The position numbers and the translations under genes were made by a program. A DNA stretch of 64,000 bases from Escherichia coli (GTDB lineage: Bacteria > Pseudomonadota > Gammaproteobacteria > Enterobacterales > Enterobacteriaceae). Under the pieces are notes generated by a model. That model was not told the origin of the DNA, ran no database searches, and saw only the letters and a list, made by a program, of their open reading frames with translations. The stretch is from the NCBI RefSeq assembly GCF_044324785.1, contig NZ_CP172127.1. The stretch is one strand, 5' to 3'. Each line of letters starts with the position of its first letter. Position 1 is the first letter of the stretch. Shown here piece by piece: positions 1-13,924 of the stretch.

Positions 1-1185
1 GGCACTGCGCTGGAACCCACACTGCAAAACGTCGCTATCGGCGTAACCGATATCCCGGCGCTGCTGGATTTCGCGCAAAACGAAAAGATCGATCTAACCA
101 TCGTCGGCCCGGAAGCGCCGCTGGTGAAAGGCGTAGTGGATACCTTCCGCGCCGCCGGGCTGAAAATCTTCGGCCCAACCGCAGGTGCCGCGCAGCTGGA
201 AGGCTCGAAAGCGTTTACCAAGGATTTCCTGGCCCGCCATCAGATCCCTACGGCGGAATACCAGAACTTCACCGAGGTAGAACCTGCGCTGGCGTATCTG
301 CGTGAGAAAGGCGCGCCAATCGTCATTAAAGCTGACGGTCTGGCTGCCGGGAAAGGCGTTATCGTGGCGATGACGCAGGAAGAAGCGGAAGCGGCTGTTC
401 ACGATATGCTGGCGGGCAACGCTTTTGGCGACGCGGGGCATCGCATCGTTATCGAAGAGTTCCTCGACGGCGAAGAAGCGAGCTTTATCGTGATGGTGGA
501 CGGTGAGCATGTGCTGCCGATGGCCACCAGCCAGGATCACAAACGCGTAGGCGATAAAGATACCGGGCCGAACACCGGCGGGATGGGCGCTTACTCCCCT
601 GCGCCAGTAGTGACCGATGAGGTTCATCAGCGCACGATGGAACGAATCATCTGGCCAACCGTGAAAGGCATGGCGGCAGAAGGCAACACCTACACCGGTT
701 TTCTCTACGCGGGCCTGATGATCGACAAACAGGGCAATCCGAAGGTTATCGAATTTAACTGCCGCTTTGGCGATCCGGAAACCCAGCCGATTATGCTGCG
801 CATGAAGTCCGATCTGGTTGAGCTCTGCCTGGCAGCCTGTGAAGGTACGCTTGACGAGAAAACGTCCGAGTGGGATGAACGCGCTTCTCTCGGCGTGGTG
901 ATGGCTGCGGGTGGATATCCGGGCGATTACCGCACCGGCGATGTGATCCACGGCCTGCCGCTGGAAGAAGTGTCTGACGGCAAAGTGTTCCACGCGGGCA
1001 CGAAACTGGCGGATGACGAGCAGGTAGTGACCAGCGGCGGGCGCGTACTGTGCGTCACCGCGCTGGGTCATACTGTGGCAGAAGCGCAGAAACGCGCTTA
1101 TGCCTTAATGACCGATATCCATTGGGACGACTGCTTCTGCCGGAAAGATATCGGCTGGCGCGCTATCGAACGCGAGCAGAACTAA
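1..1185 (+). CDS. purD: phosphoribosylamine--glycine ligase (GAR synthetase), 5' end outside window
   Basis: Frame 1 is open from base 1 (GTALEPTLQNVAIG...) into listed ORF 124..1185; ATP-grasp type sequence; conserved position next to zraR. Confidence 0.93.
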   Translation, partial: GTALEPTLQNVAIGVTDIPALLDFAQNEKIDLTIVGPEAPLVKGVVDTFRAAGLKIFGPTAGAAQLEGSKAFTKDFLARHQIPTAEYQNFTEVEPALAYLREKGAPIVIKADGLAAGKGVIVAMTQEEAEAAVHDMLAGNAFGDAGHRIVIEEFLDGEEASFIVMVDGEHVLPMATSQDHKRVGDKDTGPNTGGMGAYSPAPVVTDEVHQRTMERIIWPTVKGMAAEGNTYTGFLYAGLMIDKQGNPKVIEFNCRFGDPETQPIMLRMKSDLVELCLAACEGTLDEKTSEWDERASLGVVMAAGGYPGDYRTGDVIHGLPLEEVSDGKVFHAGTKLADDEQVVTSGGRVLCVTALGHTVAEAQKRAYALMTDIHWDDCFCRKDIGWRAIEREQN

Positions 1186-2507
1186 CGCGACAGTTTTGCC
1201 AAGAGCGTTTTGCGCGTGATCCCTAACTGACGGGCGGCTTCGGTTTTGTTGCCGCCCGTTTTCTCCAGTGCCGCAAGAATCACCTCTTTTTCGACTTCCA
1301 CCAGCGGCTGAATATCCTGACTTTGTACCAGCGGGATCGGCGTACTCGCAATCGCCAGCGGCAGCTCGCGTTCGGAAATATATTCCCCGGTCAGCAGCAC
1401 CACCGCCCGTTCCACCGCGTTTTCCAGTTCACGAATATTTCCCGGCCAGTCGTAGTGAATCAGCAGATCCATCGCCTGGGGCGTAAAACCTTTTACCGCC
1501 TTGCGATTACGCTCGGCAAAGCGCTGAAGAAAATGGTTTGCCAGCAGAGGAATATCTTCCCGCCGCTGACGCAGCGACGGAACTTCAATCGCCACCACGT
1601 TCAGGCGATAGTAGAGATCCTGGCGAAAACGCCCGGCATTCACCTCTGCGGCAAGATCGCGATGAGTCGCCGCAATCAGCCGGACATCAACCGAGATGGT
1701 CTGGTTGCTGCCGACACGCTGAACTTCGCGCTCCTGAATCGCACGCAGCAGACGAACCTGCATCATCGGCGAGATATCGCCAATTTCATCGAGAAACAGC
1801 GTGCCGCCGTCCGCCTCAACAAAGCGCCCTTCCCGGCGTTTGTCGGCTCCGGTAAACGCCCCTTTTTCGTGACCGAACAATTCAGATTCCAGCAAGGATT
1901 CGTTGAGTGCCGCACAGTTGAGCGTTACCAGTGGTTTTTCACTCCGTGCGCTACTGGCGTGAATCGCCCTGGCGACCAGCTCTTTACCGGTGCCGGAATC
2001 GCCGTGGATCAGCACTGTGGCTTCCGATGGCGCGACGAGGGCGATTTCACTGAGCAGGTGTTGCATCGCCGGGCTTTTACCGACCATACCGAACTGGCTG
2101 GCAGACACCGCAGGCGTTTCAGCGTCAATACTGTGCGTATGCGCGAGCACCTTTTCCAGCGTCGCCTGCAGGTTATCGAAATCCAGCGGCTTGATGAGAT
2201 AATCCAGCGCCCCGGTTTTCAGTGCCTCTACCGCCGTCTCGACGCTGGAGTATGCGGTCATAATCAGTACCGGAATCGCCGGATTTAACGCTTTGATCTC
2301 TTTTAGCGTGGCAATGCCGTCCATCTCCGCCATTCGCACATCGCAAAGCACAAGATCAAAAACTCGCTCCCGCACCTGTTCCAGCGCCTGTCGCCCGCTG
2401 TTCGCCAGCGCGACGTTATAGCCCCAGCCGCGCAGTAAAGCCTGCAAAATAGTGCAGTGGCTAATGTCATCATCCACCACCAGAATATCGATATTATCGT
2501 GCGTCAT
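1182..2507 (-). CDS. zraR: sigma-54 dependent two-component response regulator
   Basis: 441 aa; receiver domain N-terminus, AAA+ sigma54-activator motifs (GESGTGKE, GAFTGA), C-terminal HTH; overlaps zraS stop. Confidence 0.93.
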   Translation of the reverse strand: MTHDNIDILVVDDDISHCTILQALLRGWGYNVALANSGRQALEQVRERVFDLVLCDVRMAEMDGIATLKEIKALNPAIPVLIMTAYSSVETAVEALKTGALDYLIKPLDFDNLQATLEKVLAHTHSIDAETPAVSASQFGMVGKSPAMQHLLSEIALVAPSEATVLIHGDSGTGKELVARAIHASSARSEKPLVTLNCAALNESLLESELFGHEKGAFTGADKRREGRFVEADGGTLFLDEIGDISPMMQVRLLRAIQEREVQRVGSNQTISVDVRLIAATHRDLAAEVNAGRFRQDLYYRLNVVAIEVPSLRQRREDIPLLANHFLQRFAERNRKAVKGFTPQAMDLLIHYDWPGNIRELENAVERAVVLLTGEYISERELPLAIASTPIPLVQSQDIQPLVEVEKEVILAALEKTGGNKTEAARQLGITRKTLLAKLSR

Positions 2508-3880
2508 CCTTGTGGGTCCTTACGCGTAATATTGACCGGAAGCCAGAGGGTGAACGTTGCGCCTTTTCCCTCCTGGCTTGCGACCTGAATTGTACCACCG
2601 TGTTGTTCAACAATATTATGCACGACCGCCAGCCCCAGTCCGGTACCTTCGGCTTTGGTGGTGAAGTACGGGGTGAAGATGGCTTCAAGCTGATCTGCCG
2701 CAATTCCCTTACCGCTGTCGGTAACGCTGATTTTCACGCCCGCGCCGCTTTCGCTGGCCGTCACGCTAATCACGCCATGCTGACCAATCGCCTGAATAGC
2801 ATTGAGATAGAGATTCAACAGGACCTGAGTCAGCCTGTCCGGATCGGCCTGAATTTCCGGTAATGTGTCGTTGGCGGTAAAGCGTAACTGGATCTCCCGG
2901 CTGTTTGCATCCTGGCTTACCAGCTGTAATGAGTGGTTAATCAGCGTGTTGAGATCCACCGCCTGCAAAGCCAGATGCGTTGGCTTGACCAGTTCCAGCA
3001 ACTCGCTTACCACGCGGTTTAAACGGTCGGCTTCTTTCGCCATCACCTGCGCCAGTTGATGCGCTTCTCCCCCTGCTGGCGCACGTTCGGCAAAGTATTT
3101 CGCCAGCCCTTTAATCGAGGAAAGTGGGTTACGGATTTCGTGGGCGACGCCTGCCGCAAGATGCCCCAGTGCCACCAGCTTCTCTTTGCGCTTCATTTCA
3201 TCCTGCAATAGCTGCCGCGAGCGCAGATATCGGCGATACCAGAAGAATGACAACACGCTTGCCAGCAAGACCGTCGCCAGAGCGAAGAGGATAATCAGGG
3301 TATTTCTCTGCTCACGATCCTCAGCACTCACAATGTTACTGGCGTCGAAAGCGATAAAAATTGCTTGTGGTGTCGCGGCATACTGCTGCATATGGCGCAT
3401 CCGGTGCATTCCAGCAGCAAACATCGGTTGAAACTGGCGATAAATTTCCAGAACAGGCTCGCCGTCTGCGCTATCGATCCGCCGCCACGCTTCTTCATCT
3501 CCCGGATGTAACTGCTGCATTTTCTGCGGGGAATAAAGCTGTTTTCCCACCATGCCGGAGTTGCTATGCATCACGATTGTTCCTTGTTCATCCGTGACCG
3601 CAAACCAACGTACACCAGGCTGCCCGGCCATTTCTTCCAGTAATGCCTGCTGCTGCGCATGATGCATGCGCATCCCCATGCCGACGCGCGAGCCGGATTC
3701 GAGAGCACGGATAAGTACACTGCCTTTTTCCAGCTGCGTTTGTCTGGCGGCGGCAGTCTCGCGCCCATAATCGCGAATCACTGTCACCGCAAACAGCCCC
3801 ACCAGCCCAACAATGACCACGGGGAGGATCGCGCTTAACCATTTAGCTAAGGAATCTTTAGAACGTTGCATAAAACGCAT
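2504..3880 (-). CDS. zraS: sensor histidine kinase of ZraSR system
   Basis: 458 aa; two TM segments, H-box (HEIRNPL) and HATPase motifs; operon with zraR. Confidence 0.9.
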   Translation of the reverse strand: MRFMQRSKDSLAKWLSAILPVVIVGLVGLFAVTVIRDYGRETAAARQTQLEKGSVLIRALESGSRVGMGMRMHHAQQQALLEEMAGQPGVRWFAVTDEQGTIVMHSNSGMVGKQLYSPQKMQQLHPGDEEAWRRIDSADGEPVLEIYRQFQPMFAAGMHRMRHMQQYAATPQAIFIAFDASNIVSAEDREQRNTLIILFALATVLLASVLSFFWYRRYLRSRQLLQDEMKRKEKLVALGHLAAGVAHEIRNPLSSIKGLAKYFAERAPAGGEAHQLAQVMAKEADRLNRVVSELLELVKPTHLALQAVDLNTLINHSLQLVSQDANSREIQLRFTANDTLPEIQADPDRLTQVLLNLYLNAIQAIGQHGVISVTASESGAGVKISVTDSGKGIAADQLEAIFTPYFTTKAEGTGLGLAVVHNIVEQHGGTIQVASQEGKGATFTLWLPVNITRKDPQG

Positions 3881-3910
3881 CTTCTTCTTTGCCTGCTCAT
3901 CCCTTTCTGA

Positions 3911-3927
3911 CAGCAGAAATCATGCCA
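3911..3927 (-). promoter_or_regulatory. candidate sigma-54 (-24/-12) promoter for zraSR
   Basis: Minus-strand TGGCAT-N6-TGCT with GG and GC 12 bp apart, upstream of zraS start. Confidence 0.5.
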
Positions 3928-4076
3928 TCTTTTAGCAGCGCTTACCCTGCGCTGTAACACAAAGACTTAAGTTTCAATGAGTAAAAATGACTCGCCACCC
4001 ACAGCAGGCGAGTCATTTTTACTCGTTTATCATGCCAGATTACCCGTCATATCAGCGTTTCGTTGTTGGCACGAAA

Positions 4077-4092
4077 GATGCAATACCCAAAG
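4077..4092 (+). promoter_or_regulatory. candidate sigma-54 (-24/-12) promoter for zraP
   Basis: TGGCACgaaagaTGCA with GG/GC spacing 12 bp, about 30 bp upstream of zraP start. Confidence 0.55.
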
Positions 4093-4117
4093 TAAGACAA
4101 CCACTGGAGGATTAACC

Positions 4118-4543
4118 ATGAAACGGAACACGAAAATTGCCCTGGTGATGATGGCGCTTTCAGCAATGGCGATGGGATCGACATCTGCATTTGCTCACGG
4201 CGGACACGGGATGTGGCAACAAAATGCCGCGCCCTTGACCAGCGAACAACAAACAGCGTGGCAGAAAATCCATAATGACTTTTACGCTCAAAGCAGCGCA
4301 CTGCAACAGCAACTGGTGACGAAGCGTTATGAATACAATGCCCTGTTAGCCGCGAACCCACCGGATAGCAGCAAAATTAACGCGGTCGCCAAAGAGATGG
4401 AGGCTTTGCGTCAGTCGTTAGATGAGTTACGGGTGAAACGGGATATTGCGATGGCTGAAGCGGGTATTCCGCGCGGAGCCGGAATGGGCATGGGCTACGG
4501 CGGCTGCGGTGGTGGCGGTCATATGGGTATGGGCCACTGGTAA
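4118..4543 (+). CDS. zraP: periplasmic zinc-resistance associated protein / chaperone
   Basis: Start taken at internal Met (MKRNTKIALVMMALSAMAMG signal peptide) of ORF 3977..4543; Gly/Met/His-rich C-terminus; divergent from zraSR. Confidence 0.88.
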   Translation: MKRNTKIALVMMALSAMAMGSTSAFAHGGHGMWQQNAAPLTSEQQTAWQKIHNDFYAQSSALQQQLVTKRYEYNALLAANPPDSSKINAVAKEMEALRQSLDELRVKRDIAMAEAGIPRGAGMGMGYGGCGGGGHMGMGHW

Positions 4544-4544
4544 A

Positions 4545-5246
4545 TCAGAACGTTTTCTCGTTGGGTTGCCAGCGACAGAAATCAGAGTTTGCCACTAACA
4601 GTAATTGCGAACCTTCGGGCGCTTCCAGCCATGCCACGCTGACATCAACAGAAGAGCGGCTCTGGCGGCGCTCGATATGCGCTATCGCCTGCGAATCTAA
4701 ATCAGGTTTAATGGTTTGCCCTTCGCAGGTGGTCACGGTCTGTTCCATCGCATGCCAGCGCCCCTGGCGCAGCACGACTCTTCCCTGACGTAAGGCATCG
4801 CTAATCTGGCGGATCTGATCAGCACGATAACGGTATAAATCGATTTGGTCGTTAGAAAGCTGCTGCTTTTCCCCATCGGATTCACGTTGCATAAAGCTCA
4901 GATCGCCGCGATCGTCAAAACGCGCGCGAATGTTCACCGGCGGTTTGCTGTAAACATTGATATTGATGAGCGTGAGGTTATCGCCCTGCCAGCGATACTC
5001 TCGCGTCGTGGTATCGCCACTGCGCCACGGGCTAAACACGGCAAGCAGATGCACATTATCGCCACTGTCTTTTCGCCAGATGCGTACCGCGCCCTGGTCT
5101 TCAGCAAATCCACTGGCGGTAAAGGGAGGAAGTGAAGAGTTGTGACTACAGGCAGTGAGAAACAGAGCGCCAGCCAGCATCAATGATCGACGCCAGAAAG
5201 ACAAAAGGGGTGAAACCACCCCTTCGTTAAAACTGTTCACTGCCAC
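4545..5246 (-). CDS. yjaH: DUF1481-type putative lipoprotein; start codon uncertain
   Basis: ORF 233 aa with lipobox-like LTAC; the listed N-terminal extension runs through the hupA terminator hairpin, so the true start is probably further downstream. Confidence 0.75.
   Translation of the reverse strand: MAVNSFNEGVVSPLLSFWRRSLMLAGALFLTACSHNSSLPPFTASGFAEDQGAVRIWRKDSGDNVHLLAVFSPWRSGDTTTREYRWQGDNLTLININVYSKPPVNIRARFDDRGDLSFMQRESDGEKQQLSNDQIDLYRYRADQIRQISDALRQGRVVLRQGRWHAMEQTVTTCEGQTIKPDLDSQAIAHIERRQSRSSVDVSVAWLEAPEGSQLLLVANSDFCRWQPNEKTF
5201..5227 (-). terminator. probable hupA intrinsic terminator
   Basis: Minus-strand GAAGGGGTG-gtttc-CACCCCTT followed by T-rich tract, just downstream of hupA stop. 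Confidence 0.5.
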
Positions 5247-5252
5247 GCAATC

Positions 5253-5525
5253 TTACTTAACTGCGTCTTTCAGTGCCTTGCCAGAAACAAATGCCGGTAC
5301 GTTAGCTGCGGCAATTTTGATTTCTTTACCGGTCTGCGGGTTGCGGCCAGTACGCTCAGCGCGGTGGTTCACTTTGAAGGTACCGAAACCAACCAGTTGT
5401 ACAGCATCGCCTTCTTTCAGAGACTCAGTAATTGCAGCCAGAGTGGACTCCAGAGCAGCTTTAGCCTGGGTTTTGGACAGTTCTGCTTTCTCTGCAATTA
5501 CATCAATCAGTTGAGTCTTGTTCAT
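5253..5525 (-). CDS. hupA: DNA-binding protein HU-alpha
   Basis: 90 aa [90 protein letters not shown]. Confidence 0.97.
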
Positions 5526-5711
5526 AAGTTATCCTTACAATGTGTTTATCGCTTGCTAAGCATCGAGTGCGACGGAAATGCCAGAATAGCACTCTCCTGC
5601 ATACACGCACCGATAGCCACTTTTTTTCGCCCCCCAAATGTAGACCAGACGGGGGGCGAAAGGGAAGACTCCAGGTACGACAAATCAGGCGTTAAATCAC
5701 GTTTTCTGGTC

Positions 5712-6302
5712 TTATTGCTGAAAAATTATACCAATATTGCTCTCACCCGCCTCACGCAGGTCTGCCCTAAGGCCTTTTATCAGCTCGATATCGCGTTCTT
5801 CGCACTCAGCTAAAAGTCGGAATATTTCCCACTGAATATCCCATTCTTGCTCTACAGCTGGGTTTTCTTTGAGCTCTTCATCGCTCATTTCGCGACCAGC
5901 CTGAGTCATTTCCAGCATCGCAACGGTCGTGATGGAGGTCTTACTCACTTCCACCGCGTGTTCGAGCGTTTCACCACTCAAACGCGAATGGACCAGTTCA
6001 CTTAACGCCACGCATGCATCGATTGCCGGATAAACGCCGTACAGATCGAAATCGTCGGCTGAAGGAATCGCTTCTTCAAATTTCTCCAGTTGGCTGTCGA
6101 AATTTACTTTTGCGTCTTTAACGGTCAGCGTTTCCCAGATGAGATCGAGAATACGGCGGTAAATTTGCCCATCACCAAAACCGGTTTGCTGGCAGAACAT
6201 GGCGTAATTGGGGTACATGCGTTCGCATAAGCAAGCCATGAAAGTGACATGCTGCCAGCTTTCCAGGCGCTCCAGACGCAGATGAATTGGGTTTTGTAAC
6301 AT
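5712..6302 (-). CDS. yjaG: DUF416 family protein
   Basis: 196 aa ORF in conserved position between hupA and nfi. Confidence 0.85.
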   Translation of the reverse strand: MLQNPIHLRLERLESWQHVTFMACLCERMYPNYAMFCQQTGFGDGQIYRRILDLIWETLTVKDAKVNFDSQLEKFEEAIPSADDFDLYGVYPAIDACVALSELVHSRLSGETLEHAVEVSKTSITTVAMLEMTQAGREMSDEELKENPAVEQEWDIQWEIFRLLAECEERDIELIKGLRADLREAGESNIGIIFQQ

Positions 6303-6344
6303 GTTGAGTTCTCAAATACGGAAATTATCCGCAGTTTACCTGAA

Positions 6345-7016
6345 TTAGGGCTGATTTGCTGTATAGCGCACGAACGCCGGACGTTCCGAGGCCACCGCGT
6401 CCGCCCAGCGCGTTGGCTCCGGCAGACGATAGCCTTTCATGCAGCGTTGTACCCACGCCAGCGCGCTGTCCACGCTGACCCGATGGCCGGTAGTGATAAA
6501 CAACGGGTTACAGCGCGCTTTGCTGCGCCAGACCCAGGCCAGCTGCTCGCCTTTATCCATCAGAGGGGCCAGCGCGCCCGGTTCGCTGGAGAGCGGTTCG
6601 AATTTACCGCAGAGCCGTTTTTTCGCCACGCCAATGGTCGGCACATCCACCAGCAAACCAAAGTGGCTGGCGACGCCAAGACGGCGAGGATGCGAGATCC
6701 CGTGACCATCGACAAACACTAAATCCGGCTTTTGCGACAGCATCTCCCACGCTGCCAGCAGCGCAGGATATTCGCGGAAGGAAAGAAAACCTGGAATGTA
6801 AGGCATGGTGGTGGCGATGCGGGCCACTTTATACTCCACCAGCTCAAGCGAGGGGTATTTCAGCAGCACCATCGCCGCTCGCGTCACTTCTCCGCCCTGC
6901 TCAAACCCAACATCGGCTCCGGCGATCAGATCCGGCGGATCTTTATCGAGTCGATCCTCACGGATCACAGAAGAAGCCAGTTCAATTTGTTGAGCGCGTA
7001 ATGACGCGAGATCCAT
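6345..7016 (-). CDS. nfi: endonuclease V (deoxyinosine 3' endonuclease)
   Basis: 223 aa; conserved synteny downstream of hemE. Confidence 0.9.
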   Translation of the reverse strand: MDLASLRAQQIELASSVIREDRLDKDPPDLIAGADVGFEQGGEVTRAAMVLLKYPSLELVEYKVARIATTMPYIPGFLSFREYPALLAAWEMLSQKPDLVFVDGHGISHPRRLGVASHFGLLVDVPTIGVAKKRLCGKFEPLSSEPGALAPLMDKGEQLAWVWRSKARCNPLFITTGHRVSVDSALAWVQRCMKGYRLPEPTRWADAVASERPAFVRYTANQP

Positions 7017-7025
7017 AATCGCTCC

Positions 7026-8090
7026 TTAGCGGTGATATTGTTCAGACAAGCGATGCACTGCCTCCACAAACACGCCAGCATGTTCTGGCGGCACATCCTG
7101 ATGAATGCCGTGACCAAGGTTAAAGACATGACCTTCGCCGTGACCGAAACCTGCAAGTATAGTCGCTACTTCTTCTTCAATGCGGGCTGGCGGCGCGTAC
7201 AGCATCGACGGATCCATATTGCCCTGCAACGCGACTTTATTGCCCACGCGGCGGCGCGCATCGGCGATGTCCGTTGTCCAGTCGAGGCCCAGCGCATCGC
7301 AACCGGTTTCTGCCATTGCTTCCAGCCACTGTCCGCCGCCTTTGGTAAACAGCGTGACCGGTACGCGGCGACCGTCGTTTTCACGCAGTAAACCATCAAC
7401 AATTCTATGCATGTAATAGAGCGAGAACTGTTGATAATCGCGCCCGGTAAGCACGCCGCCCCAGGTGTCGAAAATCATCACTGCCTGAGCACCGGCTTTA
7501 ATCTGCGCATTCAGATACAAAGTGACGCTTTTCGCCAGTTTATCGAGTAGCGCGTGCAGCGCCTGCGGATCGGCATACATCATTTTTTTGATCACGGTGA
7601 AGGCTTTGCTGCTGCCGCCTTCCACCATATAGGTCGCCAGCGTCCACGGGCTGCCGGAAAAACCAATCAGCGGCACTTCGCCTTTCAGTTTGCGACGAAT
7701 GGTACGCACCGCGTTCATCACGTAACCCAGCTCATCTTCCGGGTCCGGAATTGGCAGTTTATCGACGTCGGCTTTGCAGGTGACTGGCGAGGTAAAACGC
7801 GGACCTTCTCCGGCTTCAAAATAGAGCCCTAACCCCATCGCGTCCGGCACGGTGAGGATATCGGAAAAGAGGATCGCCGCATCCAGCGGGTAGCGACGCA
7901 GCGGTTGCAAAGTCACTTCGCACGCCAGCTCGGCGTTTTTGCACAGCGACATAAAATCGCCCGCCTGGGCGCGCGTGGCTTTATATTCCGGTAGATAGCG
8001 ACCCGCCTGGCGCATCATCCATACTGGAGTGACATCAACGGGCTGGCGCAGCAGCGCCCGCAGATAACGATCGTTTTTAAGTTCGGTCAT
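7026..8090 (-). CDS. hemE: uroporphyrinogen decarboxylase
   Basis: 354 aa; [37 protein letters not shown]-terminus typical of HemE. Confidence 0.95.
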   Translation of the reverse strand: MTELKNDRYLRALLRQPVDVTPVWMMRQAGRYLPEYKATRAQAGDFMSLCKNAELACEVTLQPLRRYPLDAAILFSDILTVPDAMGLGLYFEAGEGPRFTSPVTCKADVDKLPIPDPEDELGYVMNAVRTIRRKLKGEVPLIGFSGSPWTLATYMVEGGSSKAFTVIKKMMYADPQALHALLDKLAKSVTLYLNAQIKAGAQAVMIFDTWGGVLTGRDYQQFSLYYMHRIVDGLLRENDGRRVPVTLFTKGGGQWLEAMAETGCDALGLDWTTDIADARRRVGNKVALQGNMDPSMLYAPPARIEEEVATILAGFGHGEGHVFNLGHGIHQDVPPEHAGVFVEAVHRLSEQYHR

Positions 8091-8129
8091 TTTGGCTGTT
8101 CCTTAGTGCGTCAGGCGGTCAGTGTATCA

Positions 8130-8903
8130 TCACTCATACTCTGCCCGACACATCGCCACCGTATCTTCTATCAGACGGCGCGCTACGGTGCCGGGCGGCG
8201 GGAGTAACGGCAAATCGTCATAGCGATACCAGTTCGCCTCGAGCAATTCTTTCGGGTCGATAACGATCTCGCCGCTGTCGTATTCTGCCATAAACGCGGT
8301 CATTAAAGACTGAGGAAACGGCCACGGCTGGGAAGTCACGTAACGCAAGTTTTTAACTTTAATTCCGCTCTCTTCCATCACTTCCCGCGCGACAGCCTGC
8401 TCGAGGGTTTCGCCCACTTCGACGAATCCGGCAAGTACCGTATGGACACCGTTACGATGGCGGGTATGCTGGGCGAGGAGGATCGAATCATCGCGACGGA
8501 TGGCAACAATAATGCAGGGGGCGATTTGCGGATAGTAACGCTCACGGCAATGGCTGCACAGCATCGCCCATTCGGTTTTGCTTGGATACATTTCATGCCC
8601 GCAGTAACCACAGTATTTATGCGATCGGTAAAACTCCGCCAGTTGCACGCCACGTCCGGCCAGTTGAAACAGCCCAACATCGAGATCAATGACCTGACGT
8701 ACCGACCCCATATCGTGACGACGCTGCTGTTGTATTAACCAAACAGGTTCCCCCTGCCATTCGCCGATTTGTATTGCGCGCTGACCCACAAGATCGAAAT
8801 TTGCCGCTTCGCCATATGGCAATTCTCCCTTCGGCAACCATAATTTTTGTTCATGGCTGACGACCCACCAGCCGTGATCTAATTTTTCAATTATACGATC
8901 CAT
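8130..8903 (-). CDS. nudC: NADH pyrophosphatase (Nudix hydrolase)
   Basis: 257 aa; zinc-ribbon CGYCG...CSHC and Nudix box ([23 protein letters not shown]). Confidence 0.92.
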   Translation of the reverse strand: MDRIIEKLDHGWWVVSHEQKLWLPKGELPYGEAANFDLVGQRAIQIGEWQGEPVWLIQQQRRHDMGSVRQVIDLDVGLFQLAGRGVQLAEFYRSHKYCGYCGHEMYPSKTEWAMLCSHCRERYYPQIAPCIIVAIRRDDSILLAQHTRHRNGVHTVLAGFVEVGETLEQAVAREVMEESGIKVKNLRYVTSQPWPFPQSLMTAFMAEYDSGEIVIDPKELLEANWYRYDDLPLLPPPGTVARRLIEDTVAMCRAEYE

Positions 8904-8997
8904 AGCTCTTGCACTACCTTTGCATCACTGGCATGTTTAACATGGTTTTTACATTTCTCACTGAGCAGTTTTTGAATACAAACTTGCGGAGTCAATC

Positions 8998-9474
8998 ATG
9001 CTTAACCAGCTCGATAACCTGACGGAGCGCGTCAGAGGAAGTAACAAACTGGTTGATCGCTGGCTACATGTACGTAAGCATCTGCTCGTGGCTTACTACA
9101 ATCTGGTTGGCATTAAGCCTGGCAAAGAATCGTACATGAGGCTAAACGAAAAAGCCCTTGATGATTTTTGTCAGAGCCTGGTCGATTACTTGTCTGCCGG
9201 GCATTTCAGTATTTATGAGCGCATTCTTCATAAGCTGGAAGGCAACGGGCAACTCGCGCGCGCCGCGAAGATTTGGCCGCAACTCGAAGCCAATACCCAA
9301 CAGATTATGGATTACTACGATTCCAGCCTGGAAACCGCCATCGATCACGATAATTACCTTGAGTTTCAACAGGTTTTATCTGACATCGGCGAGGCGCTGG
9401 AAGCACGCTTTGTGCTGGAAGATAAGCTGATTCTGCTGGTGCTTGACGCCGCCCGCGTCAAACATCCTGCTTGA
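8998..9474 (+). CDS. rsd: regulator of sigma D (anti-sigma70)
   Basis: 158 aa MLNQLDNLTERV...; divergent from nudC, upstream of thiC. Confidence 0.92.
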   Translation: MLNQLDNLTERVRGSNKLVDRWLHVRKHLLVAYYNLVGIKPGKESYMRLNEKALDDFCQSLVDYLSAGHFSIYERILHKLEGNGQLARAAKIWPQLEANTQQIMDYYDSSLETAIDHDNYLEFQQVLSDIGEALEARFVLEDKLILLVLDAARVKHPA

Positions 9475-9509
9475 GTTCTGCGCTGTTAACGCGTAATTTA
9501 CATTCAACG

Positions 9510-9640
9510 CCCCGTTTGTGGGGGCTAATTTCTTGTCGGAGTGCCTTAACTGGCTGAGACCGTTTATTCGGGATCCGCGGAACCTGATCAGGCTAATACC
9601 TGCGAAGGGAACAAGAGTTAATCTGCTATCGCATCGCCCC
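9510..9640 (+). ncRNA. TPP riboswitch (THI element) in thiC leader
   Basis: Conserved CTGAGA...ACCTGATCaGGcTAATACCtGCGAAGGGAACA core directly upstream of thiC. Confidence 0.85.
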
Positions 9641-9704
9641 TGCGGCGATCGTCTCTTGCTTCATCCGTCGTCTGACAAGCCACGTCCTTAACTTTTTGGA
9701 ATGA

Positions 9705-12230
<2,526 letters not shown>

Positions 12231-12238
<8 letters not shown>

Positions 12239-12968
12239 CCGTGATTTTATGCGTTATAGCCGCCAAATCCTGCTCGACGATATCGCTCTTGACGGGCAGC
12301 AAAAACTGCTCGACAGCCAGGTGCTGATTATTGGTCTTGGCGGGCTGGGTACACCTGCTGCGCTGTACCTGGCGGGTGCTGGCGTCGGGACGCTGGTACT
12401 GGCAGATAACGACGATGTGCATTTAAGCAATCTGCAACGACAAATCCTCTTTACCACTGAAGATATCGATCGCCCGAAATCGCAGGTCAGCCAACAGCGA
12501 CTGACACAGTTGAATCCCGATATTCAACTGACAGCACTACAACAACGGTTAACGGGTGAGGCGCAAGCCGATGTGGTGCTCGACTGTACCGACAATATGG
12601 CGACTCGTCAGGAGATTAATACCGCCTGCGTGGCACTCAACACGCCGCTTATCACCGCCAGCGCGGTCGGATTTGGCGGTCAGTTGATGGTACTGACGCC
12701 GCCCTGGGAGCAGGGGTGTTACCGCTGCCTGTGGCCAGATAACCAGGAGCCTGAACGCAACTGCCGCACGGCGGGCGTGGTTGGCCCGGTGGTCGGGGTT
12801 ATGGGCACTTTGCAGGCACTGGAAGCCATTAAGTTATTAAGCGGTATAGAGACGCCTGCGGGAGAACTCCGACTGTTCGACGGTAAGTCGAGCCAGTGGC
12901 GCAGCCTGGCTTTGCGCCGCGCCAGTGGTTGCCCGGTATGCGGAGGAAGCAATGCAGATCCTGTTTAA
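12231..12968 (+). CDS. thiF: ThiS adenylyltransferase
   Basis: Start at [15 protein letters not shown] inside ORF 12138..12968; GLGGLG nucleotide-binding motif; C-terminal CxxC. Confidence 0.9.
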
Positions 12969-13152
12969 CGATCAACCGATGCAGTGCGCCGCCGGGCAAA
13001 CGGTTCACGAACTACTGGAGCAACTCGACCAACGACAAGCGGGCGCGGCTCTGGCGATTAATCAGCAAATCGTCCCGCGTGAGCAGTGGGCGCAACATAT
13101 CGTGCAGGATGGCGACCAGATCCTGCTTTTTCAGGTTATTGCAGGGGGTTGA
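12952..13152 (+). CDS. thiS: sulfur-carrier protein ThiS
   Basis: 66 aa MQILFNDQ... ending in GG; start at internal Met of ORF 12925..13152. Confidence 0.9.
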   Translation: MQILFNDQPMQCAAGQTVHELLEQLDQRQAGAALAINQQIVPREQWAQHIVQDGDQILLFQVIAGG

Positions 13153-13153
13153 G

Positions 13154-13924
13154 ATGTTACGTATTGCGGACAAAACGTTTGATTCACATCTGTTTACCGG
13201 CACCGGGAAATTCGCCTCTTCACAACTGATGGTGGAGGCGATCCGCGCTTCCGGCAGCCAGCTGGTGACACTGGCGATGAAACGCGTCAACTTGCGCCAG
13301 CACAACGACGCAATCCTCGAACCGCTTATCGCGGCGGGTGTGACCCTGCTGCCGAATACTTCCGGGGCGAAAACAGCGGAAGAAGCCATTTTCGCCGCCC
13401 ATCTGGCACGTGAAGCATTAGGCACAAACTGGCTAAAATTAGAGATTCACCCTGACGCCCGCTGGCTGTTGCCCGATCCCATCGAAACCCTGAAAGCCGC
13501 CGAAACGCTGGTACAACAGGGATTTGTCGTGCTGCCTTACTGCGGGGCCGATCCGGTATTGTGTAAACGTCTGGAAGAAGTCGGCTGTGCAGCGGTGATG
13601 CCGCTCGGCGCGCCGATTGGCTCGAATCAGGGACTGGAAACCCGCGCCATGCTGGAGATTATTATCCAGCAGGCCACCGTTCCGGTGGTTGTCGATGCTG
13701 GCATCGGCGTTCCCAGCCATGCCGCGCAGGCGCTGGAAATGGGGGCCGACGCGGTGTTAGTGAATACGGCGATTGCCGTCGCGGACGATCCCGTCAACAT
13801 GGCGAAGGCATTTCGTCTGGCGGTAGAAGCAGGCCTGCTGGCACGTCAGTCCGGACCGGGCAGCCGCAGTCATTTTGCTCATGCCACCAGCCCGCTGACT
13901 GGATTTCTGGAGGCATCGGCATGA
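13154..13924 (+). CDS. thiG: thiazole synthase
   Basis: 256 aa from [20 protein letters not shown] (internal Met of ORF 12896..13924). Confidence 0.92.
   Translation: MLRIADKTFDSHLFTGTGKFASSQLMVEAIRASGSQLVTLAMKRVNLRQHNDAILEPLIAAGVTLLPNTSGAKTAEEAIFAAHLAREALGTNWLKLEIHPDARWLLPDPIETLKAAETLVQQGFVVLPYCGADPVLCKRLEEVGCAAVMPLGAPIGSNQGLETRAMLEIIIQQATVPVVVDAGIGVPSHAAQALEMGADAVLVNTAIAVADDPVNMAKAFRLAVEAGLLARQSGPGSRSHFAHATSPLTGFLEASA

Noticed and set aside
1268-3842. Pro/Arg/Ala-rich ORFs opposite zraR/zraS (e.g. 1323..2288, 1538..1855, 3588..3842)
   Set aside because: Antisense frames of GC-rich coding sequence; low-complexity translations.
3977-4117. Upstream extension of the zraP ORF (start at 3977)
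   Set aside because: The extension covers the sigma-54 promoter itself; the Met at 4118 is followed by a typical signal peptide and gives the expected ~141 aa protein.
5620-5665. GC hairpin CGCCCCCC...GGGGGGCG upstream of hupA, considered as a terminator
   Set aside because: The adjacent T-run precedes rather than follows the hairpin on the plus strand (and A-run follows on the minus strand), so it is not a canonical intrinsic terminator for either direction; more likely part of the hupA promoter/leader.
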